Positions 38,904 through 54,060 of a stretch of 64,000 bases of DNA are shown here, piece by piece. The notes beneath the pieces are model-generated. The model was given only the letters and a program-made list of their open reading frames with translations, ran no database searches and was not told where the DNA came from. Positions within the stretch are counted from its first letter, which is position 1. The number at the start of each line of letters is the position of its first letter. The position numbers were made by a program, and so were the translations under genes. Source of the DNA: Squalus acanthias (taxonomy: Eukaryota); NCBI GenBank assembly GCA_030390025.1, contig CM059432.1, positions 58,840,001 to 58,904,000 of the forward strand, in the 5' to 3' direction.

Positions 38904-41288
38904 TAGAATCATAGAAAGTTACAGCACGGAAGGGGCCCATCGTGTCCGCACCGGCCAACAAAGAGCTATCCAGCCTTATCCCACTTCCCAGCTCTTGGTC
39001 CGTAGCCCTGCAGGTTAGAGCATCCCAAGTGTACATCCAAGTACTTTTTAAATGTGGTTAGGGTTCCTGCCTCTACCACCCTTTCAGGCAGTGAGTTTCA
39101 GACCCCCACAACCCTCTGGGTGAAGAAATTTCCCCTCTAGTGTTTTATACAGTTGAAGCATAACCCCCCCCCCCCACCTGCTCTTGCCTTTATTAGCCAT
39201 GGCATAGAATACAAGCATTCCGTATGCCTTCTTAACCGCCATATCTACTTGGCCTGCTACCTTCAGGGATCTGTGGACATGCACTCCAAGGTCCCTTTCT
39301 TCCTCTACACTACTCAGTGTCCTACCATTTAATGTGTATTCCCTTTCCTTGTTAGAACATAAGAAGTAGGAGCAGGAGTAGGCCATACGACCCTTCGGGC
39401 CTGCTCCGCCATTCAATAGGATCATGGCTGATCCGAACCTAGACTCACGTCCACTTCCCTGCCCGCTCCCCATAACCCTTAATTCCCTTATCAGCTAGGA
39501 AACTGTCTATCTCTGTTTTAAATTTATTTAATGTTGCAGCTTCCACAGTGCTCTGAGGTAGCAAATTCCATAGATTTACTACCCTCTGAGGAGAAACTTC
39601 TTCACTCATCTCAGTTTTGAAATGGCCGCCCCTTATTCTAAGATTATGCCCCCTAGTTCTAGTCTCACCCATCAGTGGAAACAGCCACCCGATCAAGCCC
39701 TCTCTCAATCTTTTATGTTTCGATAAGATCGCCTCTCATTCTTCTGTATTCCAATGAGTAGAGGCCCAACCTACTCAACCTTTCCTCATAAGTCAACCCC
39801 CTCATCTCCGGAATCCACCGAGTGAACCTTCTCTGAACTGCCTCTAGAGCAAGTATATTTTTTCTTAAATATGGAAACCAAAACTGTACGCAGTATTCCA
39901 GGTGTGGCCTCACCAGTACCCTGTATAGCTGAAGCAAGACTTTCCCTGCTTTTATACTCCATCCCCCTTGCAATAAAAGCCAAGATTCCATTGGCCTTCC
40001 TGATCACCTGCTGTACCTGCATACTAACCTTCTGTGTTTCATGCACCAGGACCCCTAGATCCCTTTGTACTGTAGCACTTTGCAGTTTCTTTCCATTTAG
40101 ATAATAACTTGCTCTTTGATTTTTTTCTGCCAAAGTGCATAACCTCACACTTTCCAACATTATATTCCATCTGCCAAATTTCTGCCCACTCACTTAGCCT
40201 GTCTATGTCCTTTTGCAGGTTTTTTATGTCCTCCTCACTCACTGCTTTCCCTCCCATCTTTGTATTGTCTGCAAACTTGGATACGTTGCACTTGGTCCCC
40301 TCCTCCAAATCGTTAATATAGATTGTAAAGAGTTGGGGTCCCAGCACTGACCCCTGCGGAACACCACTAGTTACTGATTGCCAACCCGAGAATGAACCAT
40401 TTATCCCAACTCTCTGTTTTCTGTTAGATAGCCAATCTTCCACCCATGCCAGTATATTACCCCCAATCCTGTGATTTTTTTTTTTATCTTGTGCAGTAAT
40501 CTTTTGTGTGGTACCTTGTCAAATGCCTTTTGGAAGTCCAAATACACCACATCCACTGATTCCCCTTTATCCACCTTGTTTGTTACGTCCTCAAAGAATT
40601 CGAGCAAACTTGTCAAGCATGATTTCCCCCTCATAAAACCATGCTGACTCTGTCCGATTAAGTTATGCTTATCCAAATGTCCTGTTACTGCTTCCTTAAT
40701 AATGGACTCCAACAATTTACCAACCACAGATGTTAGGCTAACTGGTCTATAGTTTCCAGCCTTTTGTCTACCTCCCTTTTTTAAATAAGGGTGTTACATT
40801 GGCAGTTTTCCAATCTGCTGGGACCTTTCCTGAATCCAGGGAGTTTTGGAAAATTACCACCAATGCATCCGCAAACCCTACCGCAACTTCTCTCAAGACC
40901 CTAGGATGTAAGCCATCAGGTCCAGAGGATTTATCCGCCTTAAGTCCCATTATCTTACCGAGTACCATCTCCTTAGTGATTTTAATTGTGTTTAGCTCCT
41001 TCCCCCCCCCCCCATAGCCCCTTGTTTGTCCAGTGTTGGGATATTTTTAGTGTCCTCTACTGTAAAGACTGATACAAAATATTTGCCCTCCCCAAATGCA
41101 TTACCTCACACTTCTCCGGATTGAATTCCATTTGCCACTGTTCTGCCCACTTGACCAATTTAATGATATCTTCCTGCAGTCTACAGCTTCCTTCTTCAGT
41201 ATCAACCACACAGCTGATTTTAGTATCTTCTGCAAAATTCTTAATCATACCCCCTATATTCATGTCAAGATCGTTGATATATACCACA
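38904..41288 (-). mobile_element. CR1 3' part (sibling of the 20049 copy) inserted into L2
   Basis: TSD aaaatca (38897-38903, 41289-41295); nearly identical to 20050-21035 apart from deletions and an insertion. Confidence 0.85.
39355..41084 (-). mobile_element. CR1 nested in the CR1 above
   Basis: own tail aacataagaagtaggagcagg; ORFs 40039..40443 and 40401..40727; host ccttgtta|gccctcccc rejoins across it. Confidence 0.85.
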
Positions 41289-42039
41289 AAAATCAGAGAT
41301 GCGCAAGAGGAAGCAGCAGCAGCAGCGGATGAGCTGAGGCAGGGGCACAGATGAGCGAAGTTACGGAGCTGGAAGCAGGCGGTCTTGGTGCTGGATCGGA
41401 TATGTGGTTGGAAGCTCATCTCAGGGTCAAATAAATGGCAAGGTTGCAAATGGTCTGGTTGAGCCTCAGACAGTGACCAGGGAGAGGGATGGAGTTGGTG
41501 GCTAGGGAATGGAGTTTGTTCGGTCTTCCCAATATTTAGTTGGAGGAAATTTGTGATGGTGTTTGATTTCTTTTTCATTGGTAAGTTGGCCTACTGTTAC
41601 AACTGCAAATGTTGCAATGCTTTAGCTACAGTCAGCAGAATTTAAAGAAAAATTCCCAGGAATGGCACAGCAAGCAGTAGCCAACTCCAAAAGTAGTTAA
41701 TTACCAATTTCCTCAAGGCAAAATATTTAGCTTTTCAGTGCCAAAAGGAGGATATATATTAAGATTAAATGACCTTCCTTAGAAAAACTGCAGTGTAGTA
41801 ACAAAAGGCTTTTGCTGCACACTCTAACTGCCTATCTGACATTTAAGATTTCCTTCAGCTTAGTGTCAACAAAACTGAAGCTATCCATTTTGGTTCCTAC
41901 CAATAAATGCATGCCTCTGGCCTTGACATCGTGAACTCCCTTTCTCCAACTGCACCTCCGGCCAAATCCTGTTGCAAAACTGTAGCGTACTACTCAACTC
42001 TACTTCCTTCCCTGGTTCTATTGCAACATTTGCAATTCT

Positions 42040-44236
42040 ACAGTTCTTGTGGAGACAAAGTCCTGTCTTCACACTGAGGATACCCTCCATCAGGTTGTGT
42101 GGCACTACCACCGTGCTAAATGGGATAGATTCAGAACAGATCTAGCAGCTCAAAACTGGGCATCTGCAAGGCACTGTAGGGCAGCAGCAGAATTGTATTC
42201 CGCCACAATCTGTAAACCTCATGGCCCAGCATATCCCTCACTCTACCATTGCCATCAAGCCAGAGGACCAACCCTGGTTCAATAAGGAGTATAGAAGAGC
42301 ATGCCGGGAGCAGCACCAGGTGTACCTAAAAATGAAGTGCCAACCTGGTGAAGCTACAACACATGACTACATGCATGCTAAATAGCGAAAACAGCATGCT
42401 ATAGACAGAGCTAAGCAATCCCACAACCAATGGATCAGATCAAAGTTCTGCAGTACTGCCACATCCAGTCGTGAATGGTGGTGGACAATTAAGCATCTAA
42501 CAGGAGGAGGAGGAGGCTCAATGAAAATTCCCATCCTCGATGATGGTGGAGCCCAGCACACAAGTGCAAAAGACGAGGCTGAAGCGTTTCCAACCATCTT
42601 CGGCCGGAAGTGCTGAGTGGATCATCCATCTCGGCCTCTTCCTGAGGTGCCTACCATCACAGAAGCCAGTCTTCAGCCAATTTGATTCACTCCCTATGAT
42701 ATCAAGAAACGGCTGAGCGCACTGGATACAGCAAAGGCTATGGGCCCCAACAACATCCCAGCTGTCATGCTGAAGACTTGTGCTTCAGAACTGGCTGCAC
42801 TTCTAGCCAGACTGTTCAGTACAGCTACAACACTGGCATCTAACCGACAATATGGAAAATTGCCCAGGTATGCCATGTCTACAAAAAGCAGGACAAATCC
42901 AATCCAACCAATTACTGCCCGATCTACACTCAATCATCAGCAAAGTGAAGGAAGGTGTCATCGACAGTGCTATCAAACGGCAATTACTCACCAATGCTCA
43001 ATTTGGGTTCCGCCAGGGCTGGGCTCCAGACTGCATTACAGCCTTGGTCCAAACATGGACAAAAGAGCTGAATTCCAGAATGACACCCCTTGAAATCGAG
43101 GCAGCATTTGACCGAGCGTGGCATCAAGGAGCCCTAGTAAAATTGAAGTTAATAGGAATCGGGGAAAACTCTCCACTGGTTTGAGTCATACCTAGCACAA
43201 AGGAAGATGGTTGTTGGAGGCCAATCATCTCAGTCCCAGGACATTGCTGCAGGAGTTCTTCGGGGCAGTGTCCAAGGTCCAACCATCTTCACCTGCTTCA
43301 TCAATTACCTTCTCTCCATCACAAGGTCAGAAGTGGGGATGTTCACTGATGATTGCACAATGTTCAGTTCCATTCGCAACAGCTCAGATAATGAAGCAGT
43401 CTGTGTCCGCATGCAGCAAGGCCTGGATGACATTCAGGCTGGGGCTCGCCAAGTAGCAAGTAACATTCACGTCACACAAGTGCCAGGCAATGACTATCTC
43501 CAACAGAAGAGAGTCTAACGACCGCCCCTTGACATTCAACGGCATTACCATACCTGAATCCCCCACCTTCAACATCCTGGGGGTTACCATTGACTAGAAA
43601 CTTAACTGGACCAGCCACATAAATACTGTGGCTACAAGAGCAGGTCAGAGGCTAGGTATTCTGTGACGTGTCTCACCACCTGACTCCCCAAAGCCTTTCC
43701 ACCATCTACAAGACACAAGTCAGGAGTGTGATGGAATAGTCTCCACTTACTGGATGTTTGCAGCTGCAACAGCACTCAAAGCTCAATCCCATCCAGGACT
43801 ATGCAGCTGCTTGATTGGTACCCCATCCACCACCTTAAACATTCACTCCCTCCACTACCGGCGTACCATGGCTGCAGTGGGTACCATTTACAAGATGCAC
43901 TGCAGCAACTCGCCAAGACTTCAACATCACCTCCCAAACCCGTGACCTCTACCACCTAGAAGGACAAGGGCAGCAGGCGCATGGGAACACCATCACCTGC
44001 AAGTTCTCCAAGTCACACACCATCCTGACTTGGAAATATATCACCGTTCCTTCATTGCTGGATCAAAATCCTGGAACTCCCTCCCTAATAGCACTGTGGT
44101 AGTACCTTCACCACACTGTCTGCAGCGGTTCAAGAAGACGGCCCACCACCACCTTCTCGAGGCCAATTAGGGATGAGCAATGAATGCTGGCCTTGCCAGC
44201 CGTGCCCACATCCCACAAACAAATTAAAAAAAAAAA
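42040..44236 (+). mobile_element. CR1-clade LINE (divergent family), 5'-truncated, A tail
   Basis: AAFDRAWHQGAL, GSVQGPTIF, MFTDDCT; homologous to 49686-52130. Confidence 0.85.
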
Positions 44237-44774
44237 CACACCATTACTAAGACCATTTTCTTTCACCTTTGCAACATTGGCCACCTCTGTCCCTCCAGCG
44301 CTGAAACCACAGTTTGTCACCTTGAGACTTGACTAACATTCTTATAGCTGACCTTGCCTCAAACCATCTGAGTTTGCAGCCCATGTCCTTACCTGTACAA
44401 AATCCCCCACTCCAATCACCCCCGTCCGTCCAAACTCCACCAGCTCCCTGTGCTCCAGCAAGTTGACTTCTAACTTCTCTGCCCTTGGATTCAAATCTCT
44501 CCATGGCCTCACCCACCTGATCTCTTCCAGCCTTCTGCCTCTGAATCCACCCTGCACGTCTCCAACACAGGTTCTCCTTGTCCTTTGCCTGTTCAGCCAT
44601 TATGTTCATGCCCTCTAGAACTCCCAGCCCAATTCTCTCCACCTTGCCAACTTCCTTAAAACTCTTCACCTTGCCACTTCTGCTAGTTGTCCACTGTTTT
44701 GTAGATGCTTCGGCATCTTAATGCATATGAGTACTATAAAATGCAAGTTGTTTCAGGAAAAAGCCCATCTCTGA

Positions 44775-46976
<2,202 letters not shown>

Positions 46977-49022
46977 ATGGAGATCAAGGAATCCAGCACA
47001 TTAATAACTACTACAGATCTTCAAACGGGGCATGATTCTTCCCCACACGGTCGGTCTTTTCCTTTGCAAAATACAGTGGCAATGGATAGCCTGCTGTATT
47101 CCTGCATTCTCCAGGGAGGAGATGTAATCTAGCTACTTCCATGAATGCCTTCTAATTTGGAAATATTTTCAGAATTTTCTGGTGAATAGGAATGACATTG
47201 ATTCCAATAATGGAAGCTTGATTCTTAGATTGTTTATAGCTGACTGTCTCGCTGTTCCTAACAAACAATATTCATTGTCTTGGATGGCTGGGTTTGCCTT
47301 TAAGTTACTGAATTCTATATTTAAGGCTGTTTATTATAATTTATAGATGTGATTTATGCTTTTGAACATTTTGATCACAAGCAAACTGTTGATCCTACTT
47401 AGTTGCCCGTATAACTTCATGCAAAATTAAAATTTAATTCAAATGTCAGTGCCAGGATTTGCAAATCATTATTCAAACAACACGTTAGCACTGATTATCG
47501 TAGTTCATTGCTCTTAGCAATAATGAGGTTGCCACATTTCAGTTTTACCATCTTGAGATTTATTTTTATCAACTTGATTGAGTTCATGAATTATTTTGTA
47601 TAAGTTGTGCTTAAATTCCACCAACAACCATTCATTTATTTTGCTGTCTACACTACTTTAGTTCTTCAGCCCAAACTTAAATATCAGAAAGCTTCGAGTG
47701 GTTATTTTCATACCCATGATTTAGGTAGACAGTAACCTCATTAAAGGTTCTGATGTCTTTTTGCTGTTGTCCGCTCAGTTGATGGATGATGACATCCACA
47801 CTGAAGATTACTGATTTTGACTGCAAGATGGTTGGGTGGGGGGTGGTCGTGGGGCTCATTCCTGCCCCTCCCCCCACCATTTGTAATTGCCTGTCTTCAG
47901 GCACAGGAAAGGCTCCTCCCCCCCCCCCCAACCCCAGAGGAGTGGCGACTTAGTCTAAATGGCAGTGTTGCATCCCGGTAAAATCATCAGGATGTGCATA
48001 TCACTTTAACCGCAGACCTGACTACAGTCCACACGATCTCTGGCCTGTCAGCAAAAGCAGGGGACACCACGAAGCCATAAGAGGCCCACATATTTTAAAG
48101 GATCCTTTTGGGCCTGGAGGAGCAGGAGTATTGGCCCCACAAAGATACTTTTGGCCTCCCCTGTTTCTGTGGGTCACCGCTGGCAGCTTGGCCCCACACC
48201 AATTTTGACAACTGCCTGCTAGCAGTGATGACATTCCTGCCGGCTTCAGGTGGGAATTGGTGTCCAGGCACATAAATAAGGCCCAGGAGTTAAAATTTCC
48301 AGGCCTCGAGCTCGGGGGGCGGTCGGACAATTCACTGCCTGCTTCTGCCCCCGATTCCCGATCAGAGTTCAAATCTGCTTTGTTGGTTCAACTCGCGTTG
48401 CAGGACTTGACCACACTAAAGCAGTACTGGTGCTGTATGTCGCAAGTGCCGCTCATCAGATTGGAAGGTTTTCCTGGTGATTCATCTTGGAAATTCATCT
48501 CATTGCTGCTTGTGGAATGTTGCTGTATGGAAAAAAAAAGACTGCCTATACAATGCTCATTGCATTTCAAAATGATTAATTGTGCATGAAACATTTAGAT
48601 GTAATTAGGTGCTATTTAAATGTAGGTTCCTTCGTTTCACTGCATGTATATTGTATGATGATTTACAGCTCATCGCCAGGAGGTGATGTACGGTATGATG
48701 TAAGTATTAGCCAATAGAGCAGTGAGACTAATATCTTGTGTGAGAACTCTAACTTCTACAGAAACCAAATTATATTACTACTTTATTTTTGATGATTTTC
48801 TGAATATGAATTTTGCAATGATGTATTGATGCAGCATTGCAGTTTTAAATTTGAATTCAATGGGAGAAAAGCCAGATCACATTATTGGTTTCGCATATTT
48901 GAAGGATTTGATTTTTTGAGTTTCAATTGTTTATAAGCCTACTTTAAAAACATTAAATTAAGGGGGCTTTTAGCAGTTCTTTATGCAACATGCGTAGTGT
49001 TATGTTTTCTATCTATTAATAG

Positions 49023-49150
49023 ATTGCCCAAGTCCCTGGAGACACAAGACAAAAGCTGTCTTTTCTTGCAAAACAAGATTGCAGATGCACTGGCTGGCAG
49101 TGGCTACAGTGTGGACAGGCTGTCTGTGCCATATGTGCCCCAAGCTACAG
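49023..49150 (+). CDS. EFR3A: EFR3A internal exon (LPKSLETQDKSCLFLQNKIADALAGSGYSVDRLSVPYVPQAT)
   Basis: attaatAG acceptor, GTAGGA donor; 128 bp, phase 2 to 1; overlaps ORF-track 48997..49200. Confidence 0.95.
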
Positions 49151-50203
49151 GTAGGAGTGTGGTTGTTCCAATCTGTAGAATATACAGGTGTATGTGTTAA
49201 TGATGTATCCCTGGTAAAGGCCAAGCCACATGAAACTTGCAACCACAATGAGTCATTACCAGCTGACCTTTCACTTGAGTTTCTGATAGCAAGGCAGCAA
49301 AAATGACTAAGCCTTTTCTGATTTCTATGCATTAGATGAGACTGGTTCCAGAAAGGGTTTTTTAATAGTCATAATAGCCCAATAATAAATCTTGCTTTCA
49401 AGTAAGTTGCACAATGTAGTGGGAAAAGCCACAGACAAGTTACTTAAACCCAACATTTTTTTTCTGCATGATGTAACTGGTGGGGGTGCAGAATTCTGAT
49501 GCTCAGTCAGTAAATTCATTTAGTTTGTCAATTTGTGGCATGATGTGAAGAAAGTACTCACTACATTGTGGGTTCAAGCCCTACTCCAGAGACCTAACCA
49601 CATAATCTTCCACTATAGTGGCAGTACTGAGGGAGTGCTGCACTCAGAGGTGCCATCTTTTGGATGAGACCTTCTCTGGTGGATGTTTCTTTTTATTTGT
49701 TCATGGGATGTGGGCCTCGCTTACAAGGCCAGCATTTACTGGCTATCCTTAATTGCCCTTGAGAAGGTGGTGGTGAGCCGCCGCCTTAAACAGCTGCGAT
49801 CCGTGAAGTGAAGGTACTCCCACAGTGCTGTGAGAGGGAGTTCCAGGATTTTGACCCAGCGACAGTGAAGGAACGGCGATATACTTCTAAGTCAGGATGG
49901 TGTGTGACTTGGAGGGTAACTTGGAGGTGGTGGTGTTCCCATGCGCCTGCTGCCCTTGTCCTTCTAGGTGCTAGAGGTCATGGGTTTGGGAGGTGCTGCC
50001 GAAGAAGTCTTGGCGAGTTGCTGCAGTGCATCTTGTGGAGGGTACACACTGCAGCCGCAATGCGCTGGCAGTGGAGGGTGTGAATGTTTAAGGTGGTGGA
50101 TGGGGTGCCAATCAAGCTGGCTGCTTTGTTCTGGGTGGTGTCAAGCTTCTTGAGTGTTGTTGGAGCTGCACTCATCCAGGCAAGTGGACAGTATTCCTTA
50201 ACA

Positions 50204-50409
50204 CGATAGCAAAATACTGCGGATGCTGGAAATCAGAAATAACAACAGAAAACGCTGGAAAAACTCAGCAGGCCAGGCAACATCCGTGGAGAGAGAAAGA
50301 GAGTTAACGTTTCAGGTCGAAGGGTTTCGACCTGAAACGTTAACTCTCTTTCTCTCTCCACGGATGTTGCCTGGCCTGCTGAGTTTTTCCAGCGTTTTCT
50401 GTTATTTTT
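50204..50409. mobile_element. Penelope-type perfect fold-back element
   Basis: 78-bp perfect arms 50244-50321 / 50326-50403, 4-nt loop; 14-bp TSD agtattccttaaca (50190-50203, 50410-50423). Confidence 0.85.
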
Positions 50410-52156
50410 AGTATTCCTTAACATCCTGACTTGTGCCTTGTAAATGGTGGAAAGGCTTTGGGGAGTCAGGAGGTGAGACACTCGCCGCAGAATACCTAGC
50501 CTCTGACCTGCTCTTGTGGCCACAGTATTTATGTGGCTGTTCCAGTTAAGTTTTTTGTCAATGGTGACCCCTACCCCTAGGATGTTGAAGGTGAGGGATT
50601 CAGCGATGGTAATCCCATTGAGTGTCATGGGGAGGTGACTAGACTCTCTCTTGTTGGAGATAGTCATTGCCTGCCACTTGTGTGGTGCATGTGTTAGTTG
50701 CCACTTATCAACCAAAGCCTGAATATTGTCCAGATCCTGCTGCACGTGGGCATGGACTGCTTCATTATCTCAAGAGTTGCGAATGGAACTGAACGATATG
50801 CAATCATCAGCAGAACATCCCCACTTCTGACCTGGAATGTCATTGAAGCAGCTGAAGATGGTTGGGCTGAAGATACTGCCCTGAGGAACTCCTGCAATGA
50901 TGTCCTGGGGCTGAGATGATTGGTCACCAGCCACCACAACCATCTTCCTTTGTGCTAGGTATGACTCCAACCAGTGGAGAGTTTTCCCCCTGATTCCCAT
51001 TGACTTCAATTTTACTAGGGCTCCTTGATGCCACACTCGGTCAAATGCTGCCCTGATGTCAAGGACAGTCACTCTCTCTCCTCACCTCTCGAATTCAGCT
51101 CTTCTGTCCATGTTTGGACCAAGGCTGTAATGTGGTCTAGAGCCGAGTGGTCTTGGCAAAACCCAAACTGGGCATTGGAGAGCATGATATTGGTGAGTAA
51201 GTGCCACTTAATAGAACCGACACCTTCCATCACTTTGATGATTGAGAGTAGACTGATGGAGCGGTAATTGGCCGGATTGGATTTGTCCTGCTTTTTGTGG
51301 ACAGGCCATACCTGGGCTATTTTCCACTTTGTAAGGTAAATGCCAGTGTTGTAGCTCTACTGGAACAGCTTCGCTAGAGGTGCGGCTAGTTCTGGAGCAC
51401 AAGTCTCCAGCACTACAGCTAGGATGTTGTTGGGGCCCATAGCTTTTGCTGTATCCAGTGCTTGATATCATGAGGAGTCAAATTGGCTGAAGACTGGCTT
51501 CTGTGATGGTGGCGACCTCGGGAAGAGACAGAGATGGATCATCCACTTGGCACTTCTGGCTGAAGATGGTTGCAAACACTTCAGCTTTGTTTTTGCACTC
51601 ACGTGCTGGGTTCTGCCATCATTGAGGATGGAGATATTCATGTAGCTGCCTCCTCCCGTTAGTTGTTTAATTGTCCACCACCATTCATAACTGGATGTGG
51701 CAGGACTGCAGAGCTTTGATCTGATCCGTTGGTTGCGGTATCACTTAGCTCTGTCTATAACATGCTGCTTCCACTTTTTAGTATGCATGTAGTCCTGTAT
51801 TGTAGTTTCAGAGTTGGCACCTCAATTTTAGGTACACCTGGTGCTGCTCCTGGCATGCTCTTCTACGTTCCTCATTGAACCAGGGTTGGTCCCCTAGCTT
51901 GATGGTAATGGTAGTGTGAGGGATATGCCGGGCCATGAGGTTACAGATTGTGGTGGAATACAATTCTGCTGCTGATGGCCTACAGCGCCTCCTGGAAGCC
52001 CAGTTTTGAGCTGCTAGATCTGTTCTGAATCTATCCCATTTAACACGGTAGTGCCACACAACCTGATGGAGGGTATCCTCAGTGTGAAGACAGGACTTTG
52101 TCTCCACAAGGACTGTGGGGTGGTCACTGCTACCAATACTGTCATGGGCAGATGCA

Positions 52157-52896
52157 TGCAAGACGTTCTGATTGTCTGACAGTTTAGAGTTCAGACTCGC
52201 GGAACAGACAACACAAAACCCAATGAATCTGTGAAACTTCTTTTACTTAAAAATCAACGAGAGGTTCCAAGTAATTACCAGAATACAAACGGTACTCAAT
52301 TCATGTACTTATCACAAGCAAGCACCTAAAATCATTGACTTTAAGCTCAGGTGATTATAAGCAAAACCACATACATACTATTCACCAGATGAGAGGTCAA
52401 TTCAACAATGAACTAGACGTATGACTAACTTTAACTGGCAACTGACCAGGTCACCATCGACTATAGCCCCCACTGCAATGCTGAATGTTTTGGAACAGTA
52501 CCTTTTATACCCCAAAATTTGGCAACCCTCCCACTGCGTATGTGTCCCTCACTATACGGCATAATGGTCGGCAGTTGTTTCCCAGACCCTCTTATCACTA
52601 GTCCGTTAGGTAACTGTGGGCCTTCAAGGCTAGGTACATTCCATAGTCTGAAGATGTTTCTGTTATTGCATTGATTTCACGGTCAATAGCCTGTTCCCTC
52701 AGAACTTCAATAAGCTTGTTTTCCATATCTGTTGAAAGACAATTGGCAGCTTTTACAGCTTACAAATCAAACAGTTTATTTTGCAAAGTTCTCGCAGCAA
52801 CCAGTCTTTGACCTCGCGAAGCATGATGGTAAAATTTGGTCACTTTTAGATTCAGTCAAATGGAGATTCAGTCAAATTTACCATGACAGTGTTACA
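52157..52896 (-). mobile_element. solo LTR (740 bp, probably Gypsy-type)
   Basis: TG...CA ends (tgcaag...gttaca); 4-bp TSD tgca; minus-strand TATA-like gtataaaagg at 52501-52510; host LINE frame resumes across it. Confidence 0.72.
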
Positions 52897-54060
52897 TGCA
52901 TCTGCCACAGAGATTGGTGAGGACGAGGTCAAGTAGGTTTTTCCCTCGTGTTAGTTCTCTCACCACCTGCTGCAGGCCCCGTCTGGCAGCTATGTCCTTA
53001 AGGACTCGGCCGAGCCACTCTTGGTGATGGATATTGAAGTCCCCCACCCAGAGTACATTCTGTGCCCTTGCTACCCTCAGTGCTTCTTCCAAGTGATGTT
53101 CAACATGGAGGATTCATCAGCTGAGGGAGGGCGGTAGGTGATAATCAGCAGGAGGTTTCCTTGCCCATGTTTGACCTGATGCCATGAGACTTCATGGGGC
53201 CTGGAATCAATGTTGAGGACTCACGGGGCCACTCCCTCCGACTGTATACCACTGTGCTGCCACCTCTAGTGGGTCTGTCCTGCCAGTGGGACAGGACATG
53301 GGAATGGAGGAATTTGGGATGTTGGCGGAAAGGTATGATTCTGTGCGTATGACTCAGGCTGTGGGACAGCTCTCCCAATTTTGGTATCAGTCCCCAGATG
53401 TTCGTGAGGAGGACTTTGCAAGGTCAACTAGACTGGTGTGTTTTTGCAATGTCCGAATGCGGTGCCTAGGTCGATGCCGGGTGATCCATCGGTTTTATTC
53501 TTATTATTGTTGTTCATTAGCGATTTGTTACAACTGAGTGGCTTGCTAGGCCATTTCAGAGGGTAGTTAAGAGTCAACCACATTGCTGCAGATCTGGAGT
53601 CACACATAGGCCAGACCAGGTAAGGACGGCAGATTTCCTTCCCTAAAGGACATTAGTGAACCAGATGGGTTTTTACGGCAATCCGGTAGTATCATGGCCG
53701 CCATTACTGAGGCTAGCTTTTTTATTCTAGATTTATTTAATTAACTGAATTTAAATTCCACAGCTGCCATGGTGGGATTTGAACTCGTGTCTTCGGATCA
53801 TTAGTGTAGGCCTAGTAACACATCCCATGGCACTATTTAAAGAAGAGCAGAGGAGCTCTACAGAAGTGCTGTCCAATATTTCTACCTCAGCCAACATTAT
53901 TAAAACAGATTATCAGGTCATTTTTCTCAATGTTGTTTGCCGTAAATTGGCTGCCATGTTGCACTAGGTAACAGTGATTACGCTTCAAAAGTATTTCATT
54001 GGCTGTGAAGCACTTTGAGATGTCCTTTGGTTCGGCAAAGCACTATATAAATGCAAGTGT

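Larger units (their letters stand above)
38669..41550 (-). mobile_element. L2 LINE 3' part, split by CR1 insertions
   Basis: caacttgcatttatatagcgcc L2-type tail; NFLQLNIGKTE; FDPEMSFQPHIRS. Confidence 0.78.
49686..53820 (-). mobile_element. near full-length CR1-clade LINE with tRNA-like 5' head and single decayed EN-RT ORF
   Basis: B-box gagttcaaatcc (53775-53786, minus); NIWGL...QDRPTRGG, WVGDFNIHH, SDH, DIRAAFDRVWH, GVPQGS. Confidence 0.82.
49560..54059 (+). mobile_element. DeuSINE (SacSINE1-like), split into ~49560-49685 and ~53821-54059 by a LINE
   Basis: B-box ggttcaagccc; gcagtactgagggagtgctgcac; Deu-domain-like atcccatggcactattt..gaagagcag; L2-type tail ctatataaatgcaagt. Confidence 0.72.

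Noticed and set aside
41057..41578. 173-aa ORF with RT motifs and poly-Ala
   Set aside because: Spans L2/CR1/CR1 junctions; an accidental fusion
50223..50411. Nearly identical peptides on both strands
   Set aside because: A consequence of the DNA palindrome, not protein coding
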